From NCBI GenBank assembly GCA_051382305.1, contig JBBCAV010000164.1, forward strand, positions 1 through 59,167: a stretch of DNA of 59,167 bases, written 5' to 3'. Positions 48,944 to 58,427 of the stretch are shown piece by piece. Source of the DNA: Bdellovibrionota bacterium FG-2 (GTDB lineage Bacteria > Bdellovibrionota > UBA1018). The translations under genes were made by a program, and so were the position numbers. Within the stretch, counting starts at the first letter, position 1. Each line of letters begins with the position of its first letter. The notes beneath the pieces were generated by a model that was not told the origin of the DNA, made no database searches, and worked only from the letters and a program-made list of their open reading frames with translations.

Positions 48944-49368
48944 AGTTTTTCATCCAGTTCTCCGCCCGCTTGGGCGATCCAGGTACTTTTAAATTTCTTC
49001 ATCAGGGAAACGCTTTGCCGAGACTGTGACACTTCTGTTGTTAGCCGATTTTGCTCATTTTCGAGAAGTCTTGAGATGCGCACATCTAACTGTGTAACTT
49101 CGGTGAACTTGTGATCCTGCAATTGCAGAAGCTCTCGAATGGAGCCAATGAGCTCTTCTGTTCGTTCGGAGGGATTGAGCAACACCACTTCTTCATTTAT
49201 TTTTCGATCGCACATAGAAATAGCTCTGAGAATGAGGTCACGCCTTTGTTGAAGCCGATCAAGGCCGGAAAAATCTCCTAATTCTCCTTGGGCGATAAAG
49301 CGCTGCGACTCTTCAACGAATCGATCGAAACAGCGGTTCTTTGTTTTGATCAGCCGAATGAGACTCAT
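48940..49368 (-). CDS. small helical protein in the position usually held by a flagellar export chaperone (FliT/FlgN-like?)
   Basis: The 142-aa protein starts at ATG 49368, 5 nt after the fliS stop. The longer ORF to 49497 would overlap fliS. The assignment rests on position and helical character only. Confidence 0.4.
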   Translation of the reverse strand: MSLIRLIKTKNRCFDRFVEESQRFIAQGELGDFSGLDRLQQRRDLILRAISMCDRKINEEVVLLNPSERTEELIGSIRELLQLQDHKFTEVTQLDVRISRLLENEQNRLTTEVSQSRQSVSLMKKFKSTWIAQAGGELDEKL

Positions 49369-49372
49369 CTTT

Positions 49373-49774
49373 TTATGCGCTCCTGTTTGCTGAACCCTTA
49401 TTGACCTCGGCCACAGCGCCTCTCCATCCTTCAAGCAGGGTTTCGAGTAGGTTTTGCACAGTGGCCAGCGGCTCCTTCTTGTTTTCCATATTGGCACTCA
49501 CGAGCTGCCCTATCATGAAATTATAGAGCCGTTCGAGCTCGCGAGCAATGTCTCCTCCAATTTCAAAATTAAGTGTATTGAGCAGCTCATTAATGATGTC
49601 GTGTGCCTTAATGATGCAGACGCCCTTTGTTTTTAAGTCCTTTTTATCAAGGGCAGCCGACGCTTTTTTGACGTTTGAGATCGCCGCCTCGTACAGCATG
49701 AGAAGAACTTGCCCTCGATTTGCGGTAGTGACAGCGGTTTGACGGTATTGGTTTGTGCGATATGGATTTGTCAT
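49373..49774 (-). CDS. fliS: flagellar export chaperone FliS
   Basis: Recognisable segments are YRQTAVTTANRGQVLLMLYEAAISNVKKA...KAHDIINELLNTLNFEIGGDIARELERLYNFMIGQL. AGGAGG precedes the ATG. Confidence 0.9.
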   Translation of the reverse strand: MTNPYRTNQYRQTAVTTANRGQVLLMLYEAAISNVKKASAALDKKDLKTKGVCIIKAHDIINELLNTLNFEIGGDIARELERLYNFMIGQLVSANMENKKEPLATVQNLLETLLEGWRGAVAEVNKGSANRSA

Positions 49775-49779
49775 CTAAA

Positions 49780-51198
49780 TTATCCTCCTAAAAGTTGGGC
49801 AATGGGGTTTCCCCCCCCGCCTGCAGGCAGTGCGGCGCTGAGTGATTGTTGTTGCCGTTGCAAGTTGGCCATAGTTCCTTGAAGTCTGGAAAATTGACTT
49901 GTTAATGCCTCTTGTTTTCGCTCAACGGCTTTTGTCTTTGTTTCAATTTGAGAGTCATACTGCTTAATGCGATCTCGCAATCCTTGTTCTCGAAGGGCGA
50001 GCATTCCATTTCCCGTTTGAGTGTAGGACGAAAGAACGGTGCGGAGCTGATAGGCAAATCCAAAGGACCCCGTCATCGCCTCGGAAATTCCCGCGAAATC
50101 GGATTCAATATTCTTTGTGAATTTATCTTCTTTGAAAGTGAGCTGGCCGTTTCGATCAAACTCAACGCCAAGCTGATTGAGAAAAACGAGCCGAAAGTCA
50201 TCTGATTTTGGATCTCCCACAGGGAATCCTTCATGAAGCAGGTTTCGGAGCCTGTATTCAATGGTTTGCAGGCCGGTGTCGCCCGTAAACGTCGTGCGGG
50301 TGTCGCTTTTTTCATCAACTTGGTTTTGCTTGCTAATGAATTGAAAGATCTGGTTGACCTGTTCGACGAGCGCCTTCATTTTTCCCGCGACTTTCTGTGG
50401 GTCCTCCGAAATCGTCAAAGTGAAAGGCGCCTCTGGCTTGGCTTGCTTAAGGTGGATGTTCACGCCCGGCAAGAAGTCCGAGATATCATTGCTTTCGAGT
50501 TCAAGTGGGAAGCCGTCAATGAGTACTTCGGCGTTCTTGGAATCGCGACTGTCATCGACATAGAAGTCACGGACGCCATCTAGGAAATAGAAGTCAGGAA
50601 ACTCGACTTGGCTCTTGGCACCATCCTTTTTCGCGCTAAGGATAAGGCGCCAGGGAGTGTCTTCGTCCGCTGCGTCTTTTACGACCGCGGCACGAACTGC
50701 AAAATCAGCTTGTTTATTGATAAGGTTAGCAAGCCCTCGGAGGCTGGCCTGTTCTTCATCGACAAATATTTCAGTGTTCTCGCCTTTGTTATTGGGCATC
50801 ACAACAAACCCGATTCCGAGAATGGGTTCATCTGGATTTTCAAAACCATTGGAGATGACGGAGGTGCGAGCCGCAAGGGAATCAATTTGGATTTGGTAGC
50901 TTCCGGGTTCAGCCTTCTCCAGCGTGACACCAATGAGATTTGTGCCATCGCCAGCGTCGACTTTGAGTTCTCGGAAAGTTTTGAAGTTTGCGATTTCCGC
51001 GACCGATTTATCGATCGTCGCAAATTTCGATTTAAACTCTTGAAACAGTTTTAGCTTCGCTTCTTCGCGCGCTTTGCGTGCTTCGAGCGCTTTTATAGGC
51101 TGGCTTTCAGCTTCGATGAGCTGCTTAACCATTTGCTTGAACTGCCCGCCGCCTATGGGGTCGAAACGAAGACCCAACTGTCCTCCTGACTTCGGCAA
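49780..51198 (-). CDS. fliD: flagellar filament capping protein FliD
   Basis: The N-terminal region is GLRFDPIGGGQFKQMVKQLIEAESQPIKALEARK. The C-terminal heptad region is LRDRIKQYDSQIETKTKAVERKQEALTSQFSRLQGTMANLQ. The exact start is uncertain: TTG 51198 or the TTG seven codons downstream. Confidence 0.85.
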   Translation of the reverse strand: MPKSGGQLGLRFDPIGGGQFKQMVKQLIEAESQPIKALEARKAREEAKLKLFQEFKSKFATIDKSVAEIANFKTFRELKVDAGDGTNLIGVTLEKAEPGSYQIQIDSLAARTSVISNGFENPDEPILGIGFVVMPNNKGENTEIFVDEEQASLRGLANLINKQADFAVRAAVVKDAADEDTPWRLILSAKKDGAKSQVEFPDFYFLDGVRDFYVDDSRDSKNAEVLIDGFPLELESNDISDFLPGVNIHLKQAKPEAPFTLTISEDPQKVAGKMKALVEQVNQIFQFISKQNQVDEKSDTRTTFTGDTGLQTIEYRLRNLLHEGFPVGDPKSDDFRLVFLNQLGVEFDRNGQLTFKEDKFTKNIESDFAGISEAMTGSFGFAYQLRTVLSSYTQTGNGMLALREQGLRDRIKQYDSQIETKTKAVERKQEALTSQFSRLQGTMANLQRQQQSLSAALPAGGGGNPIAQLLGG

Positions 51199-51293
51199 CT
51201 CCTCATGAGAAGCTTCATGCTTCAGAGGGAAACCCGCTCTTGCTCCAGTATGACCGAATTAGATCAAAGATGCCAAGGGGCAGGATTTGCCTA

Positions 51294-53315
51294 TCAGGGT
51301 TGGGCCGGCTGGACTTCAGCGACTTTACCTGAGCGCAACGTGAGGATATCGAGTTCGCGGTCGAAATGGCCATCGAGTGAACTCGTGCGCCCTGCGATAC
51401 CCGCGTAGCCCTTGATTCCTTTGAGGTAATCTTTGAGAGCTGACAGAGTATTTGCACCTTGAGAAAAACCTAGGGTCAATATTTTGGCGGTGTCGTAGGC
51501 GACAGCTTCTAAAGACGAAGGAAGCATTGAGAAAATTTTCTTATATCCTTCGGAAAATTTCAGAATTTGTGGATTTGAAGATTCGAGAAAGAAGGCATCG
51601 CAGAAAAATACGCTGTCAGGCGGACTGACAGTTCGAGTGGGGAAGTCGGTTGAGTTCCAGTCTGAAATTCCTAAAAACCGAACATGATCTATATCTCGGT
51701 AGGCAAAGGTCGGGATAATGAGACTAGAAATTTTTGGATCTTCAGGAATAAAAACCGCGTCAAAATCCACAATGGGTTTTAAACTAAAATATTGTTCCGT
51801 TTTCCTTGTCCGTTTTTTGATGTGAAGCACGTCACGCTCTTTGATCAGGGCGTCGAGTTCACGTTGCCGAGACGCGCTGTAGAAGAGTCCACCCAATTTG
51901 TCCACAGCCTGCCGAAAGTCGGTTTCGCCAGGGCTATAGGTTTCAACTCCGACCACTTCTCCGCCGAGCGATTCGACCGCATCCCAAAATTGTTGCGTGA
52001 GATCTTCGGCCGTTTTTTCCTTCGGAGCAAGGATTGCAAATCGTTTCAGTCCTAACTTCTGAATTGCGTAGGCGGCAATTTTCTGTGTTTGCAGGCGGTT
52101 TGTGAGGCCTGTGTGAAAGACGGTGTCAACGGAACTCTGGGGAGTTTGGCGGGACAGCGTGAGGAGAGGAACACCGGCTTGTTGCGATCGTTCCATGAGG
52201 GGCTCAATGCCTTTGCTCAGGAGTGGCCCAATGACTGCGATGACGTGATGCTGGGTCACCAAACGATCGAAGGCTTCGAGTGCTTGTTCAGGTGTATCGC
52301 CACTATCCTCAATGAACAGTGATATATCAGGGTTCTGCGCGGGCGATGAAGGCGAAGCTGTTTTGTCGCCGAAAATTCCAAAACCCATCTCAAGTCCTTG
52401 AATGAGGCGGGTCGAAAAGCGTGCAAATTTCCCATTGGTTGGCACCAAGACTCCCACGGCGGAAGATTGTACTTCTGATTCGGTGTATTGGCCTCGCACT
52501 AGATCAAGGGCTTGGGCATAATAGCTGCTCTTCGGGAATCGGCTCATCATCAAGCGAAGGTGATTGTTGCCCTTTTCTACTTCTTTTTGTGAAATTTCTA
52601 ACGAGCCAAGGCGAAACAATATCGCGTCAGCCAACGCGGAGTCCTCAGATTCTTTGAAAAGAGTTTCGAGCTGATCGGTTTTAGAAATTTCCTGGAGAGT
52701 CTGCCTTGTTAGGGTGCTGAGGCTGGTGTGTGTCTCGGATACTGCAGGGATCGCTTGAGTTGCGGCTAGCGATTCGCGAGCGGATTCGAAAGCCGCTCCA
52801 TTTTTCTGAAGAAGCCGCGCCTTCAAATAGCGGGCGCGTGTTTGGTTGTCTTTGTCGAGTTGATCGAGCTTGAGCTCATTGAGCGTCTGTTCGGATGCGG
52901 AGAAATCTTCGGACTCGAACTGCGCCATGCTGAGATTATAAAGAACATAGTGGCGAAAACTGCCAACGACGGGACTTTTTTCAAGGGCAACGCGAAAATG
53001 GGGCAGTGAAAGCGCGGGCTGCTTTGTGAGTACGAGCGCAAGACCATGAATGTTCTCGGCTTGTGGAAGGTGGGTGCCTTGCGGAAAAGCTTTTGTATAC
53101 TGTTCCAGCAGGGGAATGAGTGTTTCAAAATTCTTCTTGGCAAAGAGGTCTTGAATTTTACGAAAGGTTTTCTTCTCGTTGAGCGCGGGCACAATTGCGG
53201 TTGAGGTTATTGATCCCGCCTGTTTTTTCTTTTTCGCCACCGAGCTGTCGGATTTCGGCGGGGCGGTTGCACAGGAGGCGCATGTTAGCAGTATAATAAG
53301 GAAGGTTATTCGCAT
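51294..53315 (-). CDS. LpoA-like lipoprotein: N-terminal TPR-like region plus periplasmic-binding-protein (type 1) domain
   Basis: The lipoprotein-like signal is MRITFLIILLTCASCA. A helical repeat region follows, then a PBP-like domain (VGVLVPTNGKFA...VIAVIGPLLS...RFAILAP). I prefer the ATG at 53315 over the TTG at 53336, which overlaps dnaJ. Confidence 0.55.
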   Translation of the reverse strand: MRITFLIILLTCASCATAPPKSDSSVAKKKKQAGSITSTAIVPALNEKKTFRKIQDLFAKKNFETLIPLLEQYTKAFPQGTHLPQAENIHGLALVLTKQPALSLPHFRVALEKSPVVGSFRHYVLYNLSMAQFESEDFSASEQTLNELKLDQLDKDNQTRARYLKARLLQKNGAAFESARESLAATQAIPAVSETHTSLSTLTRQTLQEISKTDQLETLFKESEDSALADAILFRLGSLEISQKEVEKGNNHLRLMMSRFPKSSYYAQALDLVRGQYTESEVQSSAVGVLVPTNGKFARFSTRLIQGLEMGFGIFGDKTASPSSPAQNPDISLFIEDSGDTPEQALEAFDRLVTQHHVIAVIGPLLSKGIEPLMERSQQAGVPLLTLSRQTPQSSVDTVFHTGLTNRLQTQKIAAYAIQKLGLKRFAILAPKEKTAEDLTQQFWDAVESLGGEVVGVETYSPGETDFRQAVDKLGGLFYSASRQRELDALIKERDVLHIKKRTRKTEQYFSLKPIVDFDAVFIPEDPKISSLIIPTFAYRDIDHVRFLGISDWNSTDFPTRTVSPPDSVFFCDAFFLESSNPQILKFSEGYKKIFSMLPSSLEAVAYDTAKILTLGFSQGANTLSALKDYLKGIKGYAGIAGRTSSLDGHFDRELDILTLRSGKVAEVQPAQP

Positions 53316-53328
53316 GAGAAGGTTTACC

Positions 53329-54483
53329 CTATCCAAAAAGGTTCTTCACTTTTCCAAAAAAAGTCTCGTGCATCGGGTTTGAGGTGTCCCCACTGAGTTC
53401 ATCAAATCGCCGCAGGAGATCTCTTTGTTCGTTGCTGAGTTTGGTTGGAACTTCGACAATAAGTCGCACGAGTTGATCACCACGTCCATAGGAGCCTAGG
53501 CGGGCAAGCCCTTTGTTTTTGAGTCTCAGAGTTCTATGGGATTGGGTACCCGTTGGGACTTTAAGTTTTACTTTGCCTTCGAGCGTCGGAACCTCGAGCT
53601 CCGCGCCAAGGGCTGCTTGGGTAAAAGTAATCGGAACTTCGCAAATCACATCAAACTCTTCGCGGGTGAAAAACTCATGAGGAAGAATATTGATTGAGAC
53701 GTAAAGATCGCCCGGAGGGCCGCCGCGCTCGCCGGCTTCGCCCTCGTTGGTTAGCTTCAGGCGTTGCCCCGTGTCTACGCCGGCTGGGATTTTAACAGCG
53801 ATTTGCGAACTTTTACGAACATGGCCTGTGCCACGGCAACTCGCACAGGGGTTTGAAATCGTCTGCCCGGAGCCACTGCATTTTGGGCACGGTCTAGAAA
53901 TTGCGAAGAAGCCTTGCTGAAAGTTGACTTCTCCTCGTCCGCCGCATTGATTGCAGGTGTCGGGGCTGGTCCCGGGTTTTGCGCCTGTTCCTTCACACGT
54001 GTCACAGCGAGCGGATTTTTGGATAGTGAGGACCTTTTCGCCGCCAAAGGCCGCCTCTTCAAAAGTAAGATCTACTGTCGTTCGAAGGTCAGCTCCCGGA
54101 CGTCCTGCCGATCGGCGTCTGCCGCCTCGTCGGCCAGGGCCCCCCGCCTGTTGGCCGAACATGTCCCCAAAAATATCGCCGAAGATGTCGTTGATTGAGG
54201 AGCCGAAGCCTCCCTCAAATCCGCCGCCGCCGAATCCTCCGCCTGGTCCGCCTGCACCCATTGCCGCATGACCGTATTGATCATACATTTGGCGTTTTTG
54301 GTCGCTGGAGAGGACTTCATAGGCTTCGGAGAGTTCTTTGAATTTCTCCTCGGCTTTTTTATCTCCCGGATTTTTATCCGGATGATATTGAACGGCAAGT
54401 TTTCGGTAAGCCTTTTTGAGCTCTTCCCCAGAGGCGCCACGAGAAAGCCCTAGAACGTCGTAATAGTCTCTTTTTGTCGACAC
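53329..54483 (-). CDS. dnaJ: molecular chaperone DnaJ
   Basis: The J domain is [36 protein letters not shown]-rich region follows, then four CxxCxG repeats ([32 protein letters not shown]). Confidence 0.97.
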   Translation of the reverse strand: MSTKRDYYDVLGLSRGASGEELKKAYRKLAVQYHPDKNPGDKKAEEKFKELSEAYEVLSSDQKRQMYDQYGHAAMGAGGPGGGFGGGGFEGGFGSSINDIFGDIFGDMFGQQAGGPGRRGGRRRSAGRPGADLRTTVDLTFEEAAFGGEKVLTIQKSARCDTCEGTGAKPGTSPDTCNQCGGRGEVNFQQGFFAISRPCPKCSGSGQTISNPCASCRGTGHVRKSSQIAVKIPAGVDTGQRLKLTNEGEAGERGGPPGDLYVSINILPHEFFTREEFDVICEVPITFTQAALGAELEVPTLEGKVKLKVPTGTQSHRTLRLKNKGLARLGSYGRGDQLVRLIVEVPTKLSNEQRDLLRRFDELSGDTSNPMHETFFGKVKNLFG

Positions 54484-54489
54484 GAAATC

Positions 54490-56448
54490 TTAGACTTCTT
54501 TAAAATCAGCATCAATGACGTCGTCTTTTTTGCTGTCCTTTTTGTCACTAGCCTTATCGCCGGCAGCTTCTCCGGCACTGGATGCGCCTTCAGCATGAGC
54601 ATGGGCCCCTGCCGCATCCCCTTGAGGACCGGCCTGGGGGCCGGCTTTGCGATAGATCTGCTCCGCCATCTTGTTTGAAGAGGTGGTGAGCGTTTCGGTC
54701 GCCTTTTGAAGTTCCGCAAGATCCTTGCTCTCCAAGTGCTTGCGAGCTTCAATCACGGCATTTTCGCATTCGGTCTTGGTATCGGCTTCAATCTTGTCGG
54801 CATTCTCCTTGATCGTACGCTCAATCGTATAGATCAAGCCATCAAGCGTGTTGCGGGCGTTGACGAGTTGCTTGCGCTTTTCGTCTTCGTCGCGGTGTGT
54901 TTCAGCTTCTTTTTGCATGCGCTTGATGTCTTCTTCAGAGAGTCCGCCTGAAGGAGTGATGCGAATCGATTGTTCTTTGCCGGTGCCTAGGTCTTTGGCT
55001 CCGACATGGACCATTCCGTTTGCGTCGATATCGAAGGTCACTTCAACTTGAGGGACGCCGCGAGGAGCGGGTGGAATCCCCACGAGGTCAAACCGACCCA
55101 GTGATTTATTGTACTCGGCGAAATCGCGCTCACCTTGGAGCGCGTGAATGGTCACGGCTGTTTGGCTGTCTGCGGCCGTTGAGAAGACCTGGGATTTTTT
55201 GGCAGGAATCGTGGTGTTCTTCTCGATGAGTTTCGTGAACACGCCGCCAAGGGTTTCGATGCCCAAAGACAAAGGAGTTACGTCCAAGAGAAGAACGTCT
55301 TTGACGTCGCCTTTGAGCACTCCGCCTTGAATGGCCGCGCCGACGGCAACGACTTCATCGGGGTTCACGCCCTTGTGGGGTTCGATTCCGAAAATTTCTT
55401 TAACCTTCTGCTGAACTCTTGGCATGCGGATCATCCCGCCGACCAAGATCACTTCGTTGATCTTGTTTTTGGGGACGCCCGAATCCTTGATGCAGGTTTC
55501 GCAAGGAGCGACCAGTTTGTCGATGAGATCGGCGACAAGGGATTCAAATTTAGAGCGGCTCAATTTGATATTGAGATGTTTAGGGCCTGAGGCGTCAGCC
55601 GTGATGAAGGGGAGGTTGATGTCCGTTTCCATCGTGCTGGAAAGCTCGTGCTTTGCTTTTTCAGCCGCTTCTTTGAGGCGTTGAAGAGCCATTTTATCTT
55701 TACGGAGATCGATTCCGTTTTCTTTTTTGAACTCGTCAGCGAGCCAATCGATAATGCGTTGGTCAAAGTTGCCGCCGCCCAAGAACGTATCGCCGTTGGT
55801 GGCCTTCACTTCAAACACGCCATCGCCTAACTCAAGAATCGAAATATCAAAAGTACCGCCGCCTAAGTCAAAAACAGCGACGATTTCGTCTTTGCCCTTT
55901 TTGTCCAAGCCGTAGGCGAGAGCGGCAGAGGTGGGTTCGTTGATGATTCGCTTTACTTCAAGGCCTGCAATACGGCCGGCATCCTTGGTGGCTTGTCTTT
56001 GAGCATCGTTGAAGTAGGCGGGAACAGTCACGACGGCTTCTGTGACAGGTTCGCCCAAGTAGTCTTCAGCTGTTTTCTTCATTTTCTGAAGAACAAGCGC
56101 AGAAATTTCTTGCGGAGAATATTCACGGTCGCCGACCTTGACCCACGCGTCGCCGTTTGAGGCTTCGACGATCTTAAAAGGGGCGACTTTGATGAACTCT
56201 TGAACTTCGCGAGAGTTGAATTTGCGTCCAATGAGGCGCTTGGATTCAAAAATGGTTTTTTCAGGGTTTGTGACGGCTTGGCGCTTGGCAGTCTGGCCTA
56301 CAAGTTTTTCGGCCGATGCCGCAAATCCTGCAACGGACGGGGTGGTGTTGGCGCCTTCAGAGTTTGGGATAACCTTGGGTTCGCCGCCCTCGAGGACTGC
56401 TACGCATGAGTTGGTTGTTCCCAAGTCGATTCCGATGATTTTTCCCAT
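54490..56448 (-). CDS. dnaK: molecular chaperone DnaK (Hsp70)
   Basis: Recognisable segments are [29 protein letters not shown] and [11 protein letters not shown]. Length is 652 aa. Confidence 0.98.
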   Translation of the reverse strand: MGKIIGIDLGTTNSCVAVLEGGEPKVIPNSEGANTTPSVAGFAASAEKLVGQTAKRQAVTNPEKTIFESKRLIGRKFNSREVQEFIKVAPFKIVEASNGDAWVKVGDREYSPQEISALVLQKMKKTAEDYLGEPVTEAVVTVPAYFNDAQRQATKDAGRIAGLEVKRIINEPTSAALAYGLDKKGKDEIVAVFDLGGGTFDISILELGDGVFEVKATNGDTFLGGGNFDQRIIDWLADEFKKENGIDLRKDKMALQRLKEAAEKAKHELSSTMETDINLPFITADASGPKHLNIKLSRSKFESLVADLIDKLVAPCETCIKDSGVPKNKINEVILVGGMIRMPRVQQKVKEIFGIEPHKGVNPDEVVAVGAAIQGGVLKGDVKDVLLLDVTPLSLGIETLGGVFTKLIEKNTTIPAKKSQVFSTAADSQTAVTIHALQGERDFAEYNKSLGRFDLVGIPPAPRGVPQVEVTFDIDANGMVHVGAKDLGTGKEQSIRITPSGGLSEEDIKRMQKEAETHRDEDEKRKQLVNARNTLDGLIYTIERTIKENADKIEADTKTECENAVIEARKHLESKDLAELQKATETLTTSSNKMAEQIYRKAGPQAGPQGDAAGAHAHAEGASSAGEAAGDKASDKKDSKKDDVIDADFKEV

Positions 56449-56512
56449 AAAATTAAACCCTTTCTACTAAAGTGCTACTGACGGTGCGTCATTTAAGTTG
56501 TTCTTGAAATTA

Positions 56513-56540
56513 AAGATGGGTCCGAAAACCGGTTCGTCAA
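56513..56540 (-). promoter_or_regulatory. sigma32-like promoter upstream of dnaK
   Basis: On the minus strand the sequence reads gTTGACG (56540..56535), a 14-nt spacer, then CCCATCTT (56520..56513). The -10 element ends ~65 nt upstream of the dnaK ATG, and the -35 overlaps the grpE stop codon. The E. coli consensus is CTTGAAA-N13-15-CCCCATNT. Confidence 0.35.
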
Positions 56541-57133
56541 CCCTTCTCCTCAGATTTTGGTCCGGAACTGATGATGACCCTGGCAGGCCGCAAAAGCCGG
56601 CCGTGGAGGGTAAAACCCTTGATATGTTCTTGGGTTATGGTCCCACTGGCCTGATCGCTTGGCTCTTCGCCCAAGGCTTCATGAAAGTGGGGGTCAAAAG
56701 GCTTGCCAAGGGATTGGATTTCTTCAACGCCTTGCTTTTGGATCGTCGATTTGAACTGGGTCAGGACCATTTTAAGGCCTTGGAGCAAATTGGCGTCCGT
56801 TTGAGCGGGCGCGTGGGCTAGGCCGCGCTCCAAGTTATCGAGCACTCCTAAGAGTTCGGAGGCTATGCCTTCCCAGCCAAATTTCATTAAATCCGACCGC
56901 TCTTTGAAGGCGCGCTTCTTGAAGTTTTCGAATTCGGCATACAGGTAGAGGAATTTCGACTCTTTTTCTTTTACCAGCGCCTCAAGCTCCGCAATTCGAG
57001 CGGCTTCAGGACTGGAGGTTGCAGCTTCGGGTTGCGCCGTCGTAGGTTCTGTTGCGGCTTCTGGTTTTTCTGGGGAAATCTCTGAACTCACGCGTTTGCC
57101 TCCGCCTGAAAATAGGGCTTTTAGTCTTTTCAT
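56537..57133 (-). CDS. grpE: nucleotide exchange factor GrpE
   Basis: Recognisable segments are FLYLYAEFENFKKRAFKE...LLGVLDNLERGL...FDPHFHEALGEEP and ...GFTLHGRLLRPARV. Confidence 0.93.
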   Translation of the reverse strand: MKRLKALFSGGGKRVSSEISPEKPEAATEPTTAQPEAATSSPEAARIAELEALVKEKESKFLYLYAEFENFKKRAFKERSDLMKFGWEGIASELLGVLDNLERGLAHAPAQTDANLLQGLKMVLTQFKSTIQKQGVEEIQSLGKPFDPHFHEALGEEPSDQASGTITQEHIKGFTLHGRLLRPARVIISSGPKSEEKG

Positions 57134-57231
57134 TATAATTATTGGATTCGGTCGAATTACTAACTCACCAGAATCCCTTAGTAAAGGGGGAAGGTGGGGG
57201 AGGCGAATTGGTCTTAACTTGCTGTGACACC

Positions 57232-57253
57232 GCGCACCCTCGCCGGCGAGGTG
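57232..57253. repeat. 22-nt palindromic repeat, copy 1 (GCGCACCCTCGCCGGCGAGGTG)
   Basis: This is an exact 22/22 match to 58400..58421 in direct orientation. It contains the inverted repeat CCTCGCC/GGCGAGG. Confidence 0.9.
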
Positions 57254-57557
57254 GATGTAAGTGGTGTGCTTATTCGGCAGTTACTCGCATTAGAGTCCTA
57301 CTACTTAGGAAATTAGGTAGCCCACAATAGTCACTTTCCCCCTAACAAAAAACGAAGTCCGATTTCAACTCACTAAGATCTAGTTTCGGACGGGTGAAGA
57401 GTTTTGATCCAATATCACTTTTGCAGGGTGCTTTGGCGAGTTCATTGGAAATGCTCGGCAATTGCGACTTCTTTGAAGCTGGACCCGCATGTCATGAATT
57501 TTGCTTTTGGCGGGAAGCTTGGTCGCAATGAGGTCAGATGTTGAGGAGATTGACTAA

Positions 57558-57875
57558 ATGTCACATCATGATATATTGTATCATTTGCTGGATCGAACAG
57601 AGGCGCGGAAGCTTTTGGCTAAGTTCTTTTCTTTTTACAAAGAGGGCAAGGCGTTTATCCATTTGACTGATCATTTTAAAAAACGATGTTTGGGTCGTAA
57701 TGTCAGCCTAAACGATGCGGTCAATGTCATGAAGGCCGGATCTTTTTGTAAACAAGGTGAAGCGGATATTAGGTCTGGGCAAATTGTGTACAACGTTGAG
57801 ACCGAGCGGATGGCTGTGGCTTTCCAGTTTTTGGACGAGAATCGCATTCGGCTTATTACGGTAAAAAGGAAATAG
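57558..57875 (+). CDS. DUF4258-family putative toxin
   Basis: The 105-aa protein reads ...IHLTDHFKKRCLGRNVSLNDAVNVMKAG...IVYNVETERMAVAF...IRLITVKRK, which resembles DUF4258. GAGGAG lies upstream. It ends 7 nt before an MqsA-like gene. Confidence 0.55.
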   Translation: MSHHDILYHLLDRTEARKLLAKFFSFYKEGKAFIHLTDHFKKRCLGRNVSLNDAVNVMKAGSFCKQGEADIRSGQIVYNVETERMAVAFQFLDENRIRLITVKRK

Positions 57876-57882
57876 GTGGAAC

Positions 57883-58374
57883 ATGAACTGCTCACATTGC
57901 AATTCTAAGACGGTTCGCGGCAAATCAACTCGCTACCATTACGTGGAAAGTGGACTTTCCCATGTTTATCTCAAAGGCGTGCCCCTGTGGTCATGTCCAA
58001 AATGTGGCGAAGAAGAGGTTGAAATTCCCGACCCGGCGGGGCTTCAAGATGCGATTGCTCGCGTGATTGTTTCGAAGGAAAGTAGGCTGACGGGTAAAGA
58101 ATTTCGGTTTCTGAGGTCGTATCTTGGTCACTCGGGGGCGGATATCGCAGCACGATTCGCGGTTGCCAGGGAAACGATTTCTCGTTGGGAGACTGGGGCA
58201 CTTAAAGTTCCTGGGTCGGCTGACGTGGCTTTGCGCTATATGGTTCTCACCGGAAAAGCCAATCACGATTATAAGGTCACTGACTTGAATGAAATTTTGG
58301 AATCGCGCTGTCGTATTAAGTTTCTGGAGGCAAGGTTTCGGGATGAGTGGATGATCGAGAAGAGGTCGGATTAG
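57883..58374 (+). CDS. MqsA-family antitoxin (YgiT-type zinc ribbon + XRE HTH)
   Basis: CSHC...CPKCGEEE forms a CxxC...CxxC ribbon. The HTH segment is LTGKEFRFLRSYLGHSGADIAARFAVARETISRWETG. Confidence 0.7.
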   Translation: MNCSHCNSKTVRGKSTRYHYVESGLSHVYLKGVPLWSCPKCGEEEVEIPDPAGLQDAIARVIVSKESRLTGKEFRFLRSYLGHSGADIAARFAVARETISRWETGALKVPGSADVALRYMVLTGKANHDYKVTDLNEILESRCRIKFLEARFRDEWMIEKRSD

Positions 58375-58399
58375 TAATTTGGGTTCGCTCGATAACTCG

Positions 58400-58421
58400 G
58401 CGCACCCTCGCCGGCGAGGTG
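58400..58421. repeat. 22-nt palindromic repeat, copy 2
   Basis: This copy is identical to 57232..57253 and lies 26 nt after the antitoxin stop codon. Confidence 0.9.
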
Positions 58422-58427
58422 AACGAA

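Noticed and set aside
57158-57185. TTACTAA-N14-TTAGTAA upstream of grpE as a CIRCE (HrcA) operator
   Set aside because: Only the outer 7 bp are complementary, and the core GCACTC/GAGTGC of CIRCE is absent. It may be chance in an AT-rich stretch.
57232-58421. 22-nt repeats as a CRISPR array or integron attC sites
   Set aside because: There are only two copies, 1.1 kb apart, with protein-coding genes between them. No cas genes are present. There are no RYYYAAC/GTTRRRY attC core sites, and no integrase is in the window.
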